From positions 9,734,001 to 9,798,000 of the forward strand of contig JBHGNT010000013.1 of the NCBI GenBank assembly GCA_043228905.1: a stretch of 64,000 bases of DNA, written 5' to 3'. Positions 1 through 13,273 of the stretch are shown here, piece after piece. The stretch comes from Azolla caroliniana. Lineage: Eukaryota > Plantae > Polypodiophyta. The first letter of the stretch is position 1. Every line of letters starts with the position of its first letter. Below the pieces are notes generated by a model that was not told the origin of the DNA, did no database searches, and saw only the letters and a list, made by a program, of their open reading frames with translations. Made by a program: the position numbers and the translations under genes.

Positions 1-2440
1 TGTTTATTATGCAACACCAGGTGAATACCATGACAACACGCACTTACCAACCTGATGATGACTGGTTCGTGGACTCAAGAGCCTCAAATCACATCAGAAG
101 CCATCAAGAATGGTTCATGAATTTGAGGGAACATGAGAGACCCAGCATGGTGGAGACTGGTGATGACTCCACACACGATTGAGCACATTGGAGATGTGGC
201 CTTTAGCAATCAAGAAAACAAGGGCTACAGCAAGGACATACTACATGTCCAAATGATCACAAAGAATCTGGTCTCAATTGGCCAAATTGTCGGGCAAGGA
301 ATGCAAGTACGATTCAAGTAGGAAGGTTGCGTCATCAAGGATAAGAGCCAGCTTATCGCTCATGCAAGAATAGAAGGTCACATATTTACCCTTGATGCGA
401 CCAAGGTGAACTCATGGATGTATGCAAAGGAACTCAAGGCTCAGTCTCGAGTTGTGGCACAAAAGGGTTGGCCATGTGAACCTTGGTAAACTCCGATAGA
501 TGTAAAACAAAAGGAGTTGTGCAGGGATTGCCATGATTTACTTTGAAAAAACTTGATAATGTATTTGAGACAGAGGTGTGCCAGCAAGGCAAACAAAATA
601 GGCATCCATTTCCCGAGCGAAAGGAATGTGAGTAAAGGCCTGATGGACATCATCCACTCGAACGTATGGAGCCAGGCTCTAAACGAGACAATCGGTGGGT
701 GTAGATACTTCGTTACCTTCATTGATGATTATTTGTGGCATACCAAGATATGCCCGATGAAGTCAAAATTGAGGACTTTCTCAAGTTAAAGAATCGCATG
801 GAAAATGAGATAAATCGCAAGATTCAATGCTTACGGTCCGATGGTGGCCAAAAATACTTCTTAACCGAGTTCACAGCCTTTCTGGAAGAGAAGGGGATTC
901 GTCGGGAGTTCTCTTGCCGATACCACAAAAAAACGGCATTGTTGAGTAGAAGAATCACACAATTCTTGAGATGGCCTGTTCCATATTGTAGGAGAAGAAC
1001 ATGGCAAAGATCTATTGGGAAAGGCATCGACAAAGTAAGGCCGGCATCAAATCCAACTTGACCTAGCAAGTTTGAGGAAGATTTTTCAAAGGCCCGGAAT
1101 TTTGATGTTAGACATAAGCCCAGTCGTGAATCGGTACCCTTAACAAGATAAAAGGACATGAGAGATGGGGTAAGACCAACACAAACTTGACACCTCTGCA
1201 TTTTTGTCAACATTTTTTGGATTGGCAAGACCAACCTTGCCTAATCGAGATCAAGTACATAGGAGCAATGTGAAAACCACAATCCAGTAATTCGAACAAC
1301 TTCGACCAAGTCTTCATCTACACCAAGACAAACAAGCTTAAGAGGACACAATTGACCTTGAGGGAGCATGTTGAGGATCAAACTCAACTCATGTGAACAT
1401 GTGCTTATGGAGAAAAGCACAATGTGTGCAAAAGTGTGTGAGCACACTTTATTGTAATCTATGTGAACTATCTAGTTTCTCAAAGAACTAGATTGTGATA
1501 TTTAGCTAGTTGTTGAGTGTAATATGGTCAAAGGATATTAGATATTCTTATGACAGAATCGTACTCGAGTGGATGTCTATGAATAGACTCCAACAACTAC
1601 ACTTAATGTGGTAGTCCCTTGAGGACTTGTATATAAAAGAATTATTTAGTTACTCAAAGAACTAGATTGTGATATTTAGCTAGTTGTTAAGTGTAATGTG
1701 GTCAAAGAATATTAGATATTCTTATGACAGAATCGTACTCGAGTGGATGTCTATGAGTAGACTCCACCAATTGCACTTAATGTCAACTAACTTGTCAACT
1801 AACTTGTCATTTAATAATACCAACTACCTAGGTACAGGCTAGTGCTAGATAGTACTTATCTTGAAGTCAATGACGCGTACTTCAAGACTAAGTACATCGT
1901 AACTTGCCCACAAAATATTCTAGTTGACTTGATTAGCCAATCCTATTACCTATTTCTCTCTTTCCTAAATAAATTGTGTCCTACGCATCTACAGTTTCCT
2001 AGATTAACACCTTATCGACCCATATGGTCGAGTTGCACACTAGCCGTGAGGACTTGTATATAAAAGAACTAGATTGTGATATTTAGCTAGTTGTTAAGCA
2101 TAATGTGGTCAAAGACTATTAGATATTGTTATGACAAAATCGTATTAGAGTGGATGTCTATGAGTAGACTCCACCAACTGCACTTAATGCAGTAGTCCCT
2201 TGAGGACTTGTATATAAAACCCCCTTGGCCCATTGTGTTCATATGAGTAGACTCCACCAACTGCACTTAATGTGGTAGTCCCTTGAGGACTTGTATATAA
2301 AACCCCCTTGGCCCATTGTGTTCAGTCGATAATTTTTAGTTGACTAATATAGTTTTCTCTTTAGTGCATAAGATGTCATATTGTTCGGATTAAAGGCTCT
2401 TTAGGTTTCTCTAACTAAACTAGAAAACGAATTTATATTA
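1..2440 (+). mobile_element. Decayed Ty1/copia LTR retrotransposon (protease and integrase remnants, RT/RNaseH deleted, 3' LTR from 1369), inside intron 1 of the PUX gene
   Basis: Copia protease motif WFVDSRASNH at ~63-92. Integrase motifs DIIHSNVW..GGCRYFVTFIDDY (ORF 553-789) and IQCLRSDGG (ORF 735-1061), broken by stops and frameshifts. PPT-like ttgagggagca is followed by TGTTGAG at 1369, the same start as the copia LTRs at 41538, 59816 and 60647. The right end of the LTR is approximate. Confidence 0.8.
1472..2324. repeat. Internal tandem duplications within the copia LTR
   Basis: aagaactagattgtgatatttagctagttg... recurs at ~1483, ~1658 and ~2064. atgagtagactccaccaactgcacttaatg...ggcccattgtgttca is tandemly repeated at ~2160-2241 and ~2243-2324. 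Confidence 0.85.
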
Positions 2441-2652
2441 TTTAATATTTTCTAATTCTTGTTAAAGTTGTACAGTCTCATTTTCAGAGTTGTACTACAA
2501 CTTCTACAGAATATTTTTTGTAGTTTGAATGGGATCCTTGTACAAGATTCCAATCAACATTAAATAGGTATTTATGAGGCCATAACTTATCTACCACATC
2601 AATATTTAAAGCTCTTCTTCTAAGAGGATATTCTATGTATCTTGGATAGAAG

Positions 2653-2653
<1 letters not shown>

Positions 2654-2695
<42 letters not shown>
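2654..2695. repeat. (TG)n microsatellite
   Basis: Uninterrupted TG run. Confidence 0.95.
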
Positions 2696-2696
<1 letters not shown>

Positions 2697-3407
2697 ATTC
2701 TTACCTTGTATATTCTTCTTAAGCAATAGGCTTTTGTTTTGCAAAATTGCTTCTACTTCTTTAATCCCTCCTACGTATTAAACCCCATAATTGTTTTTAG
2801 TTTCTATATCTCTGCCTTAAGATATTTCAGAAAACTGTCATTGTATCTTCTACTTCCTTACACATCCCCCTACTATGTATTTTATAATTTCTTGTTATTT
2901 TCTCTGATTCCTTCTCTTGATTACACACCCACTCCCACACACGCAATATGCTTCTGCACACCCTAACTCTACAAGAGTTAGCATTCTTTACAAAGTCCTA
3001 CTTCACTCCTCCGATTCTTCATCGTCAAATCCTCCCAATCAGATCCACTCATCCATCTGCTCACCCCATCATCCTAACCTCATCCTAAGAATCACCTTCA
3101 TCCCTCTTGTCATCTTACTCGAATCCTCCCCACCTCATGCTCACCCTCATTAAAATCCTCTTTCATCTTCATGTCACCCTCATTTGCACACCTACGCCTC
3201 CCCTATAGAATCTTGCTTCATTTAACCCAATCCCATTGCATAAAGAGAAGAATGTGATTGAACACACACTCCTATCTACTCAAAAAGTCGTTAGAATGCC
3301 TCTTGGAGAGAAGGTAACTGGAACTAGAGAGAGACAGGAAGTGATGCAAGGGCTAAGGCCAAAGTTATATATAACACCATGATGGTCAACATATCTTTTG
3401 AATTTTA

Positions 3408-3965
3408 AAAAATAATAAAGGCATCCTACAAGGTTTTAATCTCCATTGAACTCAATTGAGCTTCATATAAAAATAATAAAGGCATCCTACAAGGTTTTAA
3501 TCTCCATTGAACTCAATTGAGCTTCATATAGAGAAGAATATGATTATACAAATCATGGAATATTTCTATTTGCATTGCATCTTCAATTATGATAAAAAAC
3601 ACCCTTCAATCATGAAATTAATCATTGTAATTAATTAATGTAGATATATTTGCATGCTCTAGTGTGGCACGATATCATTTGAATGTATGTGCATGCATCA
3701 CGATGATGTATTCTAAATCATATAAAATCAACCCTATAAACAATAAAAGCATTGATGGTTGAATCCTCTATTTGTACTTCAATTATGATAGAAAACACCC
3801 TTCAATCATGAAATTAATCATTGCAATTAATTAAAGAAACATATTTGCATGCTCTAGTGTGGCACGATATCATGTGAATGTATGTGCATGCATCATGATG
3901 TTGTCTTCTAGATCGCATGAAATCGACCCTATAAGCAATAAAAGCGATGATGGCTGAATCCTCTA
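3408..3965. repeat. Two adjacent tandem duplications (~61 bp x2 and ~195 bp x2)
   Basis: aaaataataaaggcatcctacaagg...gcttcatata occurs twice (3408-3529). cttcaattatgata...cacccttcaatcatgaaattaatcattg...gaatcctcta occurs twice, diverged (~3580-3770 and ~3777-3965). Confidence 0.85.
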
Positions 3966-5171
3966 AAAGGAGTCACCGTACTCATCCAATGATAGTTCAA
4001 ACTTCTCTTTATAGCATTGCTCTAATTCCTAATGATAGTCAACAATGGTGATCACACAAATTCAATAAAATAGAGGGTCAGATGTAGCAATTCTCAGCAT
4101 ATGGTAAGCATATAATGTGTCAACTTTTTAACCTGTTCAAGAATGTGCTCAAGGTGTACGTCTGCCAAAAAAGGAGGCCAATATCAGAAATCTATACAGT
4201 TGATGGATATATGCATAACCAAGGATATGTAATAGTCTCCTAAGTTTCTATTAGCACAGAATTCCAAGATATGAATAACAGATCAATAGAAATTTCAGAA
4301 GATCAGTAATGGAAAAAAAATCAGCATAAATGATAAGTTCAAAAGGAAATCAACATAAGGGAAGGGGAAAGGTAAGAGGGAATGGGCACTGTATACACTC
4401 TAGAAGGAGTTTTATAAAACTACGGTTGAAAAAACAAATCATGGCAAGAAGATAAGGGGAACTTGCACATTAAATGTCTGTGAAAGGACCATTTCTCTGC
4501 AATATGATTTACACTGTAAAGGTTGAATCTCCTCACAATATTCAAGAGCATTTTCTTCTTTGTAAATATATTTCTTTCTGATGTGAAAGTCAAGGTGATC
4601 ATCTCTTAATGCAAGAATCAGTTCCTATTCAATGCACAAAGAATGAGTTTGTACTCACAATGGAGAATTAATCATTATTAGCTTACTTAAAACACAGATA
4701 ATACAGCAGTTTTGAGCACAAATATGGTTCATATCCTCAAATTTCTGCCCTCACAACAGATGTATATATGCAATATAACACATAGAAAACAACGATTTCA
4801 AATATAAAATATTTGCAAAGAATCTAAACATCGTAGTTCTTTAGCTATCATTTCTGCAGGAAATTATATTAAATATAAAAATCTAAAAAGACAAAATTTG
4901 GTATCAAGTACGAAAAGTGCTTCAATAGATATCTTATTAAATTACCTGGTTATATTATCGTATGCATACACTAAAAATTGAGTAAGAACGATTATAAACT
5001 GCAACAGCCTCTCACACTCCAATCGGTGCATTTTTTGGTTGAACGAGCTATTCTTCCAATGCCTTTTAGGAGGCAACATACGAGGGTGCGAATAACATTC
5101 ATACAGATCCAACCCTATATGGGATTGATCCCATACTTAGAGATCATGAACTAAGGGAAACAGCAGCATAC

Positions 5172-5593
5172 CTCTTTTCACCGCCAGTGTAGTACTCCTG
5201 GGTGTCCTCGTCACTATCGGAATCAGATCTCCTATTGAAATCGGACAAGGTTCTAATACCACTGCGGCCGCTGGAACCTCCGGCAGGTTTCTTGTCTTTT
5301 GAAGAGGATTTGGGAACGGGTTCGAATCTCCCCACGCCCTGTACAGGGGCCCGGGCGGGAGGGGCTGGAGAAGGAACAGATGTAGGGTTATTGATAGTGT
5401 ATGCATCCCTCTGACCTCCTCCTCCTCCTCCCTCTTCTTCTTCTTCCCCTTCAAGACCTCCATCTGCTTCGTAGAAGTTCTGCACAGCTGATAATACCTG
5501 CCATCCACAGCTCTCTAGGAAGAAGCGAGCTCGCTCTGGCGTGGATGCTGTGATGCTGCAGAACTCTTGGATCGCATGATCTTGGGAGTCCAT
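5172..5593 (-). CDS. PUX4: Plant UBX-domain protein of the p47/Shp1/NSFL1C type (PUX3/4/5 subfamily), coding exon 1 only
   Basis: ATG at 5593. The N-terminal UBA-like segment [42 protein letters not shown] and the p47 signature IRTLSDFNR...QEYYTGGEK end at a phase-2 donor AG|GTATGC (intron starts at 5171). The SEP and UBX exons were not found in the window. The exact paralog cannot be resolved. Confidence 0.9.
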
Positions 5594-5677
5594 TGCCGCC
5601 ACTTCTGCAGTTCTCTCTCAATCGTGAAAAGGAAGCAAAAAGGAACGAACACTGAGGGGCAGGGCAGTGAACACATA

Positions 5678-5718
5678 ACATACTACATACATACATACAT
5701 ACATACATACATACATAC
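5678..5718. repeat. (CATA)n microsatellite at the 5' end of the PUX gene
   Basis: Run of catacatacata immediately upstream of the PUX start on the minus strand. Confidence 0.9.
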
Positions 5719-8700
5719 TAGTATGTAGGTAGGGTACATATCACCGTATACATACATACATAATACTAGATGTACATATGTATGTATTTATGTAATGTAT
5801 CGTATCGTATCGACGTGTCTATTTGCTACAAAATTATGCATAAAGAGCCGTGGCAAGGGAATCGCGGCCACAGTCAGTCCAAGGCGCATTTCTGAGGCAT
5901 ATGCGATCTGCACCGTCATTTCTTTATCGAAAAAAAGCGCACCGTCCAAAAATCTGATATTTGGAGCCCGAGTAGCCCAATCATTCGAATCTCAGTCGCA
6001 TGACTCAAAGGCAAAAGCCCAACTGATTCATAAAGGGAGTCTGAATCATGGGAGAGCCGGACTTATAATAATTGAGGTTGACTAAAACCCTGGTGTTTGT
6101 AATTTTTCTCACATTTTTGAAACAATGACCAACGTTTTAGGAGGGAAGAAGCCATCAGTTAGTGCAATTGCCAACCACATGCATCTACATTGCCACCTGT
6201 GTTTTGTTGGTTTCTACTTTTTTTTGCTACTTAAAAATGGTTTTGTGAAAGTTTTTAAGTGTTTGGAAATGAATAGTATTAGGGGTTAGATTTTTGTTGG
6301 ATGCATGCATTGGATGATTTCTTAATATGCTTGCATGTTGCATTTTGAAATCTTCATGATTTCGGAATATGTCGGCATGTTGAGTGAAATCCAAATGTTT
6401 CTAAATATACCTACATGTTTTTTAATCTATGCCTTGGTTGCATAGATGGCTACTAGATCCAAAGAGTTCCTAAAGTTTGATGTTGATTGGGGTGAAAGAA
6501 GACCTAGCAAAGGTAGGTATGGCGAAATGGGCACGTCGGGTTTTGGGGTTTTCAATATCTTAAATTGTTGGGCCATCTATCCCATATTATGTATTCCCAT
6601 TCTGTATATGGACAATTATATGTAATATCATTTTTGTATCGATAAATCTTGGCTTCCAGCCATCACTTTGTAAAAACATTTTGTACATTACCCTTCTATA
6701 CATAGTATATTCAACATTCGTTGTATAAACGATTTATATGAATAAGGACACAATTTTGAAACATTTTATATATGGTGTCAAAGTGTATACGTAGTCATCA
6801 GTGTCAAAGTGTATATATATGGTGACCTCTTGGTGTATTTTGAAATCATGACATGAATATGGTGATCATTGAGGTATATAGAAATCATAACAGAAATATG
6901 GTGCAAAATGTATATGCTTTTTGGGCCATAATTTCACTACCGCATATTGGCCAGTAGCCCGACTCAGTGTCACTATCGGGCAAGAGACCAACTCGGTTCA
7001 AGGAGCCCGACTCATCAATGCGTAGCCCGATCTTAGGCAAGAGCCTGACTCAACAATGAGTTGCGCGACCAAAATGACCACAGTCCGCCAACTACTTGTA
7101 ATGATCGCTTTTCAATTATCAAACAATCATTTTGTCCTCAATTTTGAGACAAAATAATCACTATCAAACAAAATAATTGTTATCAAACATCCTAATTGGA
7201 ATCACACAGAATAATAACGCTCAAACATCCTACTTTCTATCACAGAAAATAATTTCACCCAAACATCCTACATACTGAGGTATTGCGATCATGTTGGGAG
7301 ATGTTGATTTCATCTTTGCAATGCCGGAAGACGAATTGGAAGAAACATCATCGTATTCCATGAAATCATTACATTCGAGAAAGACAATGAGTCCTCTACA
7401 ATTGAACTCGAGGATCACGTGGTGGATCCCTTCATGTATTGTTCCCCCAAATATTTTGCGTTCAATCGAGGTACATATGAACTGATGGTTAAATATTTAT
7501 CCAGACTAGTTAAGGTCATGATTGAAACATTAAAAGATATCACGAGGGGTGCACCTCTCAATCTTAACACATGGAGGCGCATGAAGAGTTGACGCATGCT
7601 AGAAAATGAGTGTGCAATGTACCTTAAGGCATCACCTAATCTTATGTATAGAAATGGAGGAATATAATATTGGTGTCACATGGGAGAGCATGCCATCACC
7701 CTTTTTCATAGCTCTTAAAGAGTTAAAAAACATTGGGCTAGTGATCTTCGTGATCATGGCATTGCTAGTGCATACGTAAAAGCACTGACCAACTGATGTT
7801 GTTGTCACTCAATATAAAAGGCAACACAAATGACATGGGGGGAACGAGTGTCGTAAAATATAACAAGACTAAGTCCCTAGAAGTGATTGAGGTGGAATCC
7901 CCTAAGTTACATGATACACTCACGAATGTTCAAATCAAGTATCAAACACGCGACAAAATTAAATCTATGTGAGCATATGGTGGCTCAAATATTCTTTTTC
8001 CTTAAGTCTATGTTTGAGAGACAACCATTGACATAAATCATTGATTTATTAAGAAAGAAGGTATCAAGCAGAGAAAGGCAATATATTGCAACCCCCTGGT
8101 GACATGTGGTAAATAGTGGGATAAGCAAGTAAAATGTATAAGGTAATTGATAACTCAACATTATTGGGCTTCTAGTAGAATGTCGGATATTTAGAGTGGC
8201 ATCCATCATGAAAGGGAAAATATGAATTATTTGGAATTGGAGGTCTTGGCAACATCTCCATCTTTTGGGATGGGTGGATAAGCACTCCCGTCTACCCCAA
8301 TTTAACTATACGACATGCTTGGGGTTGGTTAACACACAAGATGCCATGTTGGAAACCCAAAGAAAAATAATGGTTATTTGGAGAAAAATAACGATTATTT
8401 AGACAACTAGTACAAGGTGTCGTATTCCTAGAAATTACCATGCTATGTGGTCTTAGTTGCCTACCTCAGTAATATCCAATTCCAAATTTGACTAGTGTAA
8501 TGTTTGAGGTAAATTGGAGATTTGCATGTCACAAGAAGCCTCGCTAAAGTCAAAACAAATTATGTATATCATAAACTAATTGATAAGAATACGTGGATTG
8601 TAAAGTGGGTTGATAAATAATGGTGAATAACAAGATCTATTAATAGGCCGTGACAATATGTGACACAAATGGGGTGAAAATCATATTCATTTCAAAGCTA

Positions 8701-9056
8701 ATGTGTTTATTTGAAGGAACATTGTGGGTAGAGTACCTTGAGGCGTTTGTTTGCGAATGTTACCCTTAGGAGAAGAAGCTGACAAGGAGTGAAGCTGAAA
8801 TAGCTAGCAACTGACCAAAGTATGGAAGCCAGAGCCGAATGCCGATTCAGACGGAGTAGTGCGAAGACGATGTATTGCTTCTAGATTGTGTTTGTTTTGT
8901 ACAATTTCAATGGAATTTTTGAATTTCTACTAACAAGGGCTATATAGAAATGTTATATATGTGGTGTGGCCTTTATAAGTAGAGTGTCAATTGGTGTTTG
9001 GTAATGTGTAGTTGAGAATGTCGTTTCCACATTTTGAGATAGCCTTAGTATTTATA

Positions 9057-9626
9057 TGTTAGAATCTCAATTAACATTAAGCAAAACTAAGAAAGGAAAT
9101 CAAGAAGAAATTACGTCAATCCACCCGACCGCCCCCTCATGAAGGTGAGAGACGGACTTGGTCCCCCATAAGTGTTACAAGCATGACCATATATTATCCC
9201 GTGGTGAGAATTTACCGTAGTATTCTATACATGTGGATAAGTGTGAGGGTTAAACGAGAGTGTAAAGAAGGGGAGGATTACTTTTAATCCTTGGGATTGA
9301 GACAACCCATTAGGCCAAGTGTGAACTTGCTTGGGGGCCTTGGATCTCGCTATAAATATGAGGCCTAGCTACCCTCATTTGATCATCTCTTGACTACGTC
9401 GAGACTTTGTTTCGTGGTGGGTCAACTCTTGTAGCGAGCGCGCTAGCACCAAGCATGAATTGACGCCACGACGGTGGTATGGGACGCCGATCAAGGCTCG
9501 AGTCCATCTTGATCCCTTCGCTCGGGGATGGTTGGGTGGATTGGCACCTTTCTTTCTCTCTCTCCTTTCTTATTTCATATATATTATATCCTTATCATAT
9601 GCTTACATTAGATCATCACTCTAACA
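9057..9626 (+). repeat. 5' LTR (570 bp) of the chromovirus-like element
   Basis: TGTTAGA start, TCTAACA end, TATA-like ctataaata at ~9350, PBS 2 nt downstream. Confidence 0.8.
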
Positions 9627-9628
9627 AT

Positions 9629-9640
9629 TGGTATCAGAGC
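9629..9640 (+). promoter_or_regulatory. Primer-binding site, tRNA-iMet
   Basis: TGGTATCAGAGC directly after the LTR end, the standard plant initiator-Met PBS. Confidence 0.9.
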
Positions 9641-10193
9641 TTATGTTTATAATGTTTCTGTTGTCTTCTTGATGGATGGTGATCGATCGACGTGCGGTCG
9701 ACCTTGATCCAAATATCGATCAACAAAGGAACTTCGGTAACTCTTTCTTGTTTTTTTTCTATTCTTTCTTCTCCCAATCTAATCATGTATAGTCAATATG
9801 TTTTTTTTATTGATTCAATGATGTTGTAGTGGTAATGGATTGGTTGTATAAAACGTATTCATATGTGCATGAGGTCAATACCTCATTTGACATATATTTG
9901 ATATGTGATTTGTGATGTATGTGTACGAGGTTAATACCTCAATTGTGTATTACGTTCACGTACAAATGTTACGTATGCGTATGAGGTCAATACCTCGTTT
10001 TCTATGTAAATGATATGTGTTTGGTGTTGTATGCATAAGAGGTCAATACCTCAATTGCGTATTACGATTAACCCTTATTTTTGGATGTTTCGTGTACGTA
10101 GAGGCTATATGCCTCAATTACGTATCTTGATTACATCATTATTGGCTATTTGATGTTACGATTTTTTTTTAATATAAGGATATGTGGTCACGT

Positions 10194-12960
10194 TGTCGCG
10201 TTGTTACGCGCGTGCGTGGAGAAAGGCGGGACCACGGGGGTCTTGGACTAGGGAGTGACGGAGCGTAGGAAGTCGTACTTCACCGTTTCCGGGGCACCCT
10301 AGAAGCACACCGGAAGCAACCGAAGGGAGAGAGAGAAAGAGAGGGAGCGCGCGCTTGACACCGACTCACGCACACGCACGCACACGCACACGCACACACA
10401 CACACACAGGCCGACCCGACTCACGCCCTTATGTACAAGAAACGTAGGAAAGGGGAAGCACCCGACACCAATAGAGACGCGAATATACATAGACCGACAC
10501 AATTGTATATATATATATAAGGAAGAATACATTCCCGGCTTCGAGCCGTTCCAAGGTAGGTTACAGTAGTCGTCAGCTGCCAAGCCGCCGGTCGGGGAGC
10601 TCACGGGCTTGTCGTGCCGAGCGGGGTCTTGCGCAAGAGACGAGCTCAAGCAAACCCTAAGCGAACACGAAGGGGGAGAAGAAGAAGAAGAAATGTAACT
10701 AACCCTAAATCTAACGGTATGCCCTCTAACGCAAAATGGGCAACCCTTTCACAAAGGACGCTCCCTTCCTTTTATAGAACAAGGAGAGGGATGCGTTACA
10801 ATGTGGGATAAATCCCGACTTACATGGGATCGTCTGTCCTGACTTGACTACTCTTCGGCGCCATAAAGGCGCCCTCGTTATTCACACTAAATGTACAAGG
10901 GTGAGCACACACGTTGCACCTTGCCGATGTAGCCAATGTTTCCCGGTTTCTGCCTCTGGCCGAAATTCTTCACGACATCCGCCCCCACCTAACCGCACGT
11001 CCACCGGTACGTGCCAAATCCGGTGAAGGGTGAGAGATTTCGGCCGTGAGAAACCGGTCTTCCGTGATCCGCATCCCGGCTCGCTGCCGGTTTGATCCGT
11101 TGGCTTCGATTCTTCCTTCGCGCTTACCTCCCCGTAGGCTCGTTTGACCCGTCGATGGGTCCTTTGCCGCGATCTCCGTAGTACGCGTACTTCCGTTGGC
11201 CCTTGTTCGCCCGTATGAACGCCCGCTCCCCGCCGTATGCCCGATGTCCTCCGCTTGAGGAAAGCCCGTAGTGGCCCACTTGGCCTCCATTGATCATTCG
11301 TGTTGTCCTGATTGCCGTCCCATGCTGCTTCGTATTGCCTTCGTCCTCTCGTTGCCACCTTCCTTCTCCATGCTCTTTACATCGCCGCGTCGGCTCGAAC
11401 CGCCATGGTCTCTGGAACGGTGTGGAGGATGCTTTCTGGCCTTCTACGCGCTACCTCCGAACCGCGCAACCTATCTCCGCGCTCGCCTTTCCGCTCCGGC
11501 ACCTCTGTGTGCCACATACCCTCGTCCGTTGTTTGGCACTGCCTGTGCCGTACTCCAGTTCATTGCACGCCTTGTCGGCCCCTTTCCCGGCCAGATCGTG
11601 CATCGCCGCTCACCCGCATACCGGTGTCCTCCGCATTCGAGGAACACCCCGTAGTAGCCCGCTTGGCCCTTCCCGTCTTCGTGTTGTTGCAATAGGTCCC
11701 GAGTCTTCCGCTTGCCGTCGTCCCCTCGCCCCACCAGCTTGTCACCCCGGCTTGCCGTGTTAGTCTTCGCTACTTCGACGGAGCTACCGAGATCTACGAA
11801 GCGAGTGTGGAGGATCCTCCTCTGGCCTCTCTTGCCATCCCCTGACTTCGACCCTGTGTACTCCACTAGGCACTTGTCACCTCGTTCCCGGCACCTCCCT
11901 TGTGCCGTCTTCCGCTTCCTTTGTTCGGCACCGCCCGTGCCGAACACTGTCCCGTAGTCACGCTTCGATCCGGCCCGCGATGGCCACTTGCGAGACTCTT
12001 GTTCCGTCCCAGGTGTGCCTTTCCGGCACGACACACCTCCTCGTGTTTGCCCCTACCGGCTCCTTCCGAAACCTCGTGTCGTTGGGCCCCGTTCCCTGCC
12101 GCCACCGTCCTTCTCCCTAGGTCTCACGTTGCCACGTTGGCCGAACTACCAGAGTCTCCGGATCGGTGTGAGGGTCCCATAGGACCGGACTCCGTTTCTA
12201 TGCTTGCCGAGATCCGGGTGTCTTTTGTTTGAGTCCCTCCCGGACTCTCCTCGTGTCTTCCGCGTAGTCGGGTCCCGTTTCCCGTTGCCACCAACCTTCT
12301 CTCTCGGTCTTATGTTGCCACGTTGGCCGATCTGCCGGAGTCTCTGGTTAAGTGTGGGGATCCCGTAGGACCGGACTTCCTTTCGCCCACAGACCTTGTC
12401 GGAAGGTCCGGTTCGGTTAGTAGCTGCCCCGCTGGCCTGATACCTTCTTTCTCTGTTTCTGTTGTCCGGTCACGTTCACTTACCGCCATCGTCCTCTCCT
12501 ATAGGACTCACGCCGGCACTCGGGCCGACAGCCGGATCGGTGTGAGGATCTTCGTGGGACCTCCCCTTCTGGCTTCGGTTGCCCGCCTTGCCGCCGCCAC
12601 CGTCCCTTACTCTAGGCCTCACGCCTCCCCTTGTCATTGGCTACCGGAGTCTCTAGAATCGGTGCGTGTAAGGTCACAGCTGCTCCGCTCCCTTCGCCAT
12701 TCTCTTCTGTTGGTCACGTTCACCTGCCGCCACTGTCCCTTCCTATAGGACTCATGCCGGCTCTCGGGCCGACCGCCGGATCGGTGTGAGGATCTTCGTA
12801 GACCGCCCATCCGTAGCCCTTTTTCTTCGTCACCTCGCCGCCACCGTCAGTATCTTGGTCTTACGTCGACCGCGTTGCCGACTGCCGAAGTCTCTAGAAC
12901 CGGTGTGAAGGATCCTCCTTGGGCGTCTGATTTGTCTTCCTGACCCTGTCCCGGGTCGAA
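10194..12960 (-). mobile_element. Element A: 5'-truncated non-autonomous member of the Trp-primed gypsy group (3' LTR 10194-10977)
   Basis: LTR ends tgtcgcg...cacgaca on the plus strand. The conserved PPT-region element lies at 10978-11017. The decayed GC-rich interior carries the TPVLETSAVG..DVRPR repeat also found in B. No pol motifs. The 5' LTR and PBS are lost at about 12960. Confidence 0.8.
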
Positions 12961-13273
12961 TATATGTTTAGACTTTAGGTCTAAGTGCACTTCGGGGTCC
13001 TCGTAATAGGACTTAAAGAGCCGAACCACATATGTGGGCATAGAAACATAGTTTATTGTTAACATTTTTTTCGTGTATAAACTATTCATGATGCGAACAT
13101 ACATGATTGAGCCCCCGGGAGCCACCATGAAAAAATCGATATAAGAGATCAGGGAAAGACATTCATTAGTCACCCCCATGGTTTTTAAAACACCTTTGTG
13201 TTACCATAGTAACCTGATCTTGAACCTCATCTTATACGTCTAGAGGGGTATTGACGTTGTCGCGGTAATCCAA

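Noticed and set aside
2525-2560. Possible PUX exon 2 (minus strand GILYKDP, resembling GMLVQDP)
   Set aside because: There is no AG acceptor in front of it and no SEP-domain sequence after it.
5144-5171. Extension of the PUX ORF to the stop at 5144
   Set aside because: Similarity ends at GGEK and a canonical GTATGC donor follows, so the extra residues are intron read-through.
9871-10115. CRISPR-like regularly spaced palindromic repeats
   Set aside because: The repeats are only 14-15 nt, the spacers resemble one another, no cas genes are present, and the array lies in a plant retrotransposon leader.
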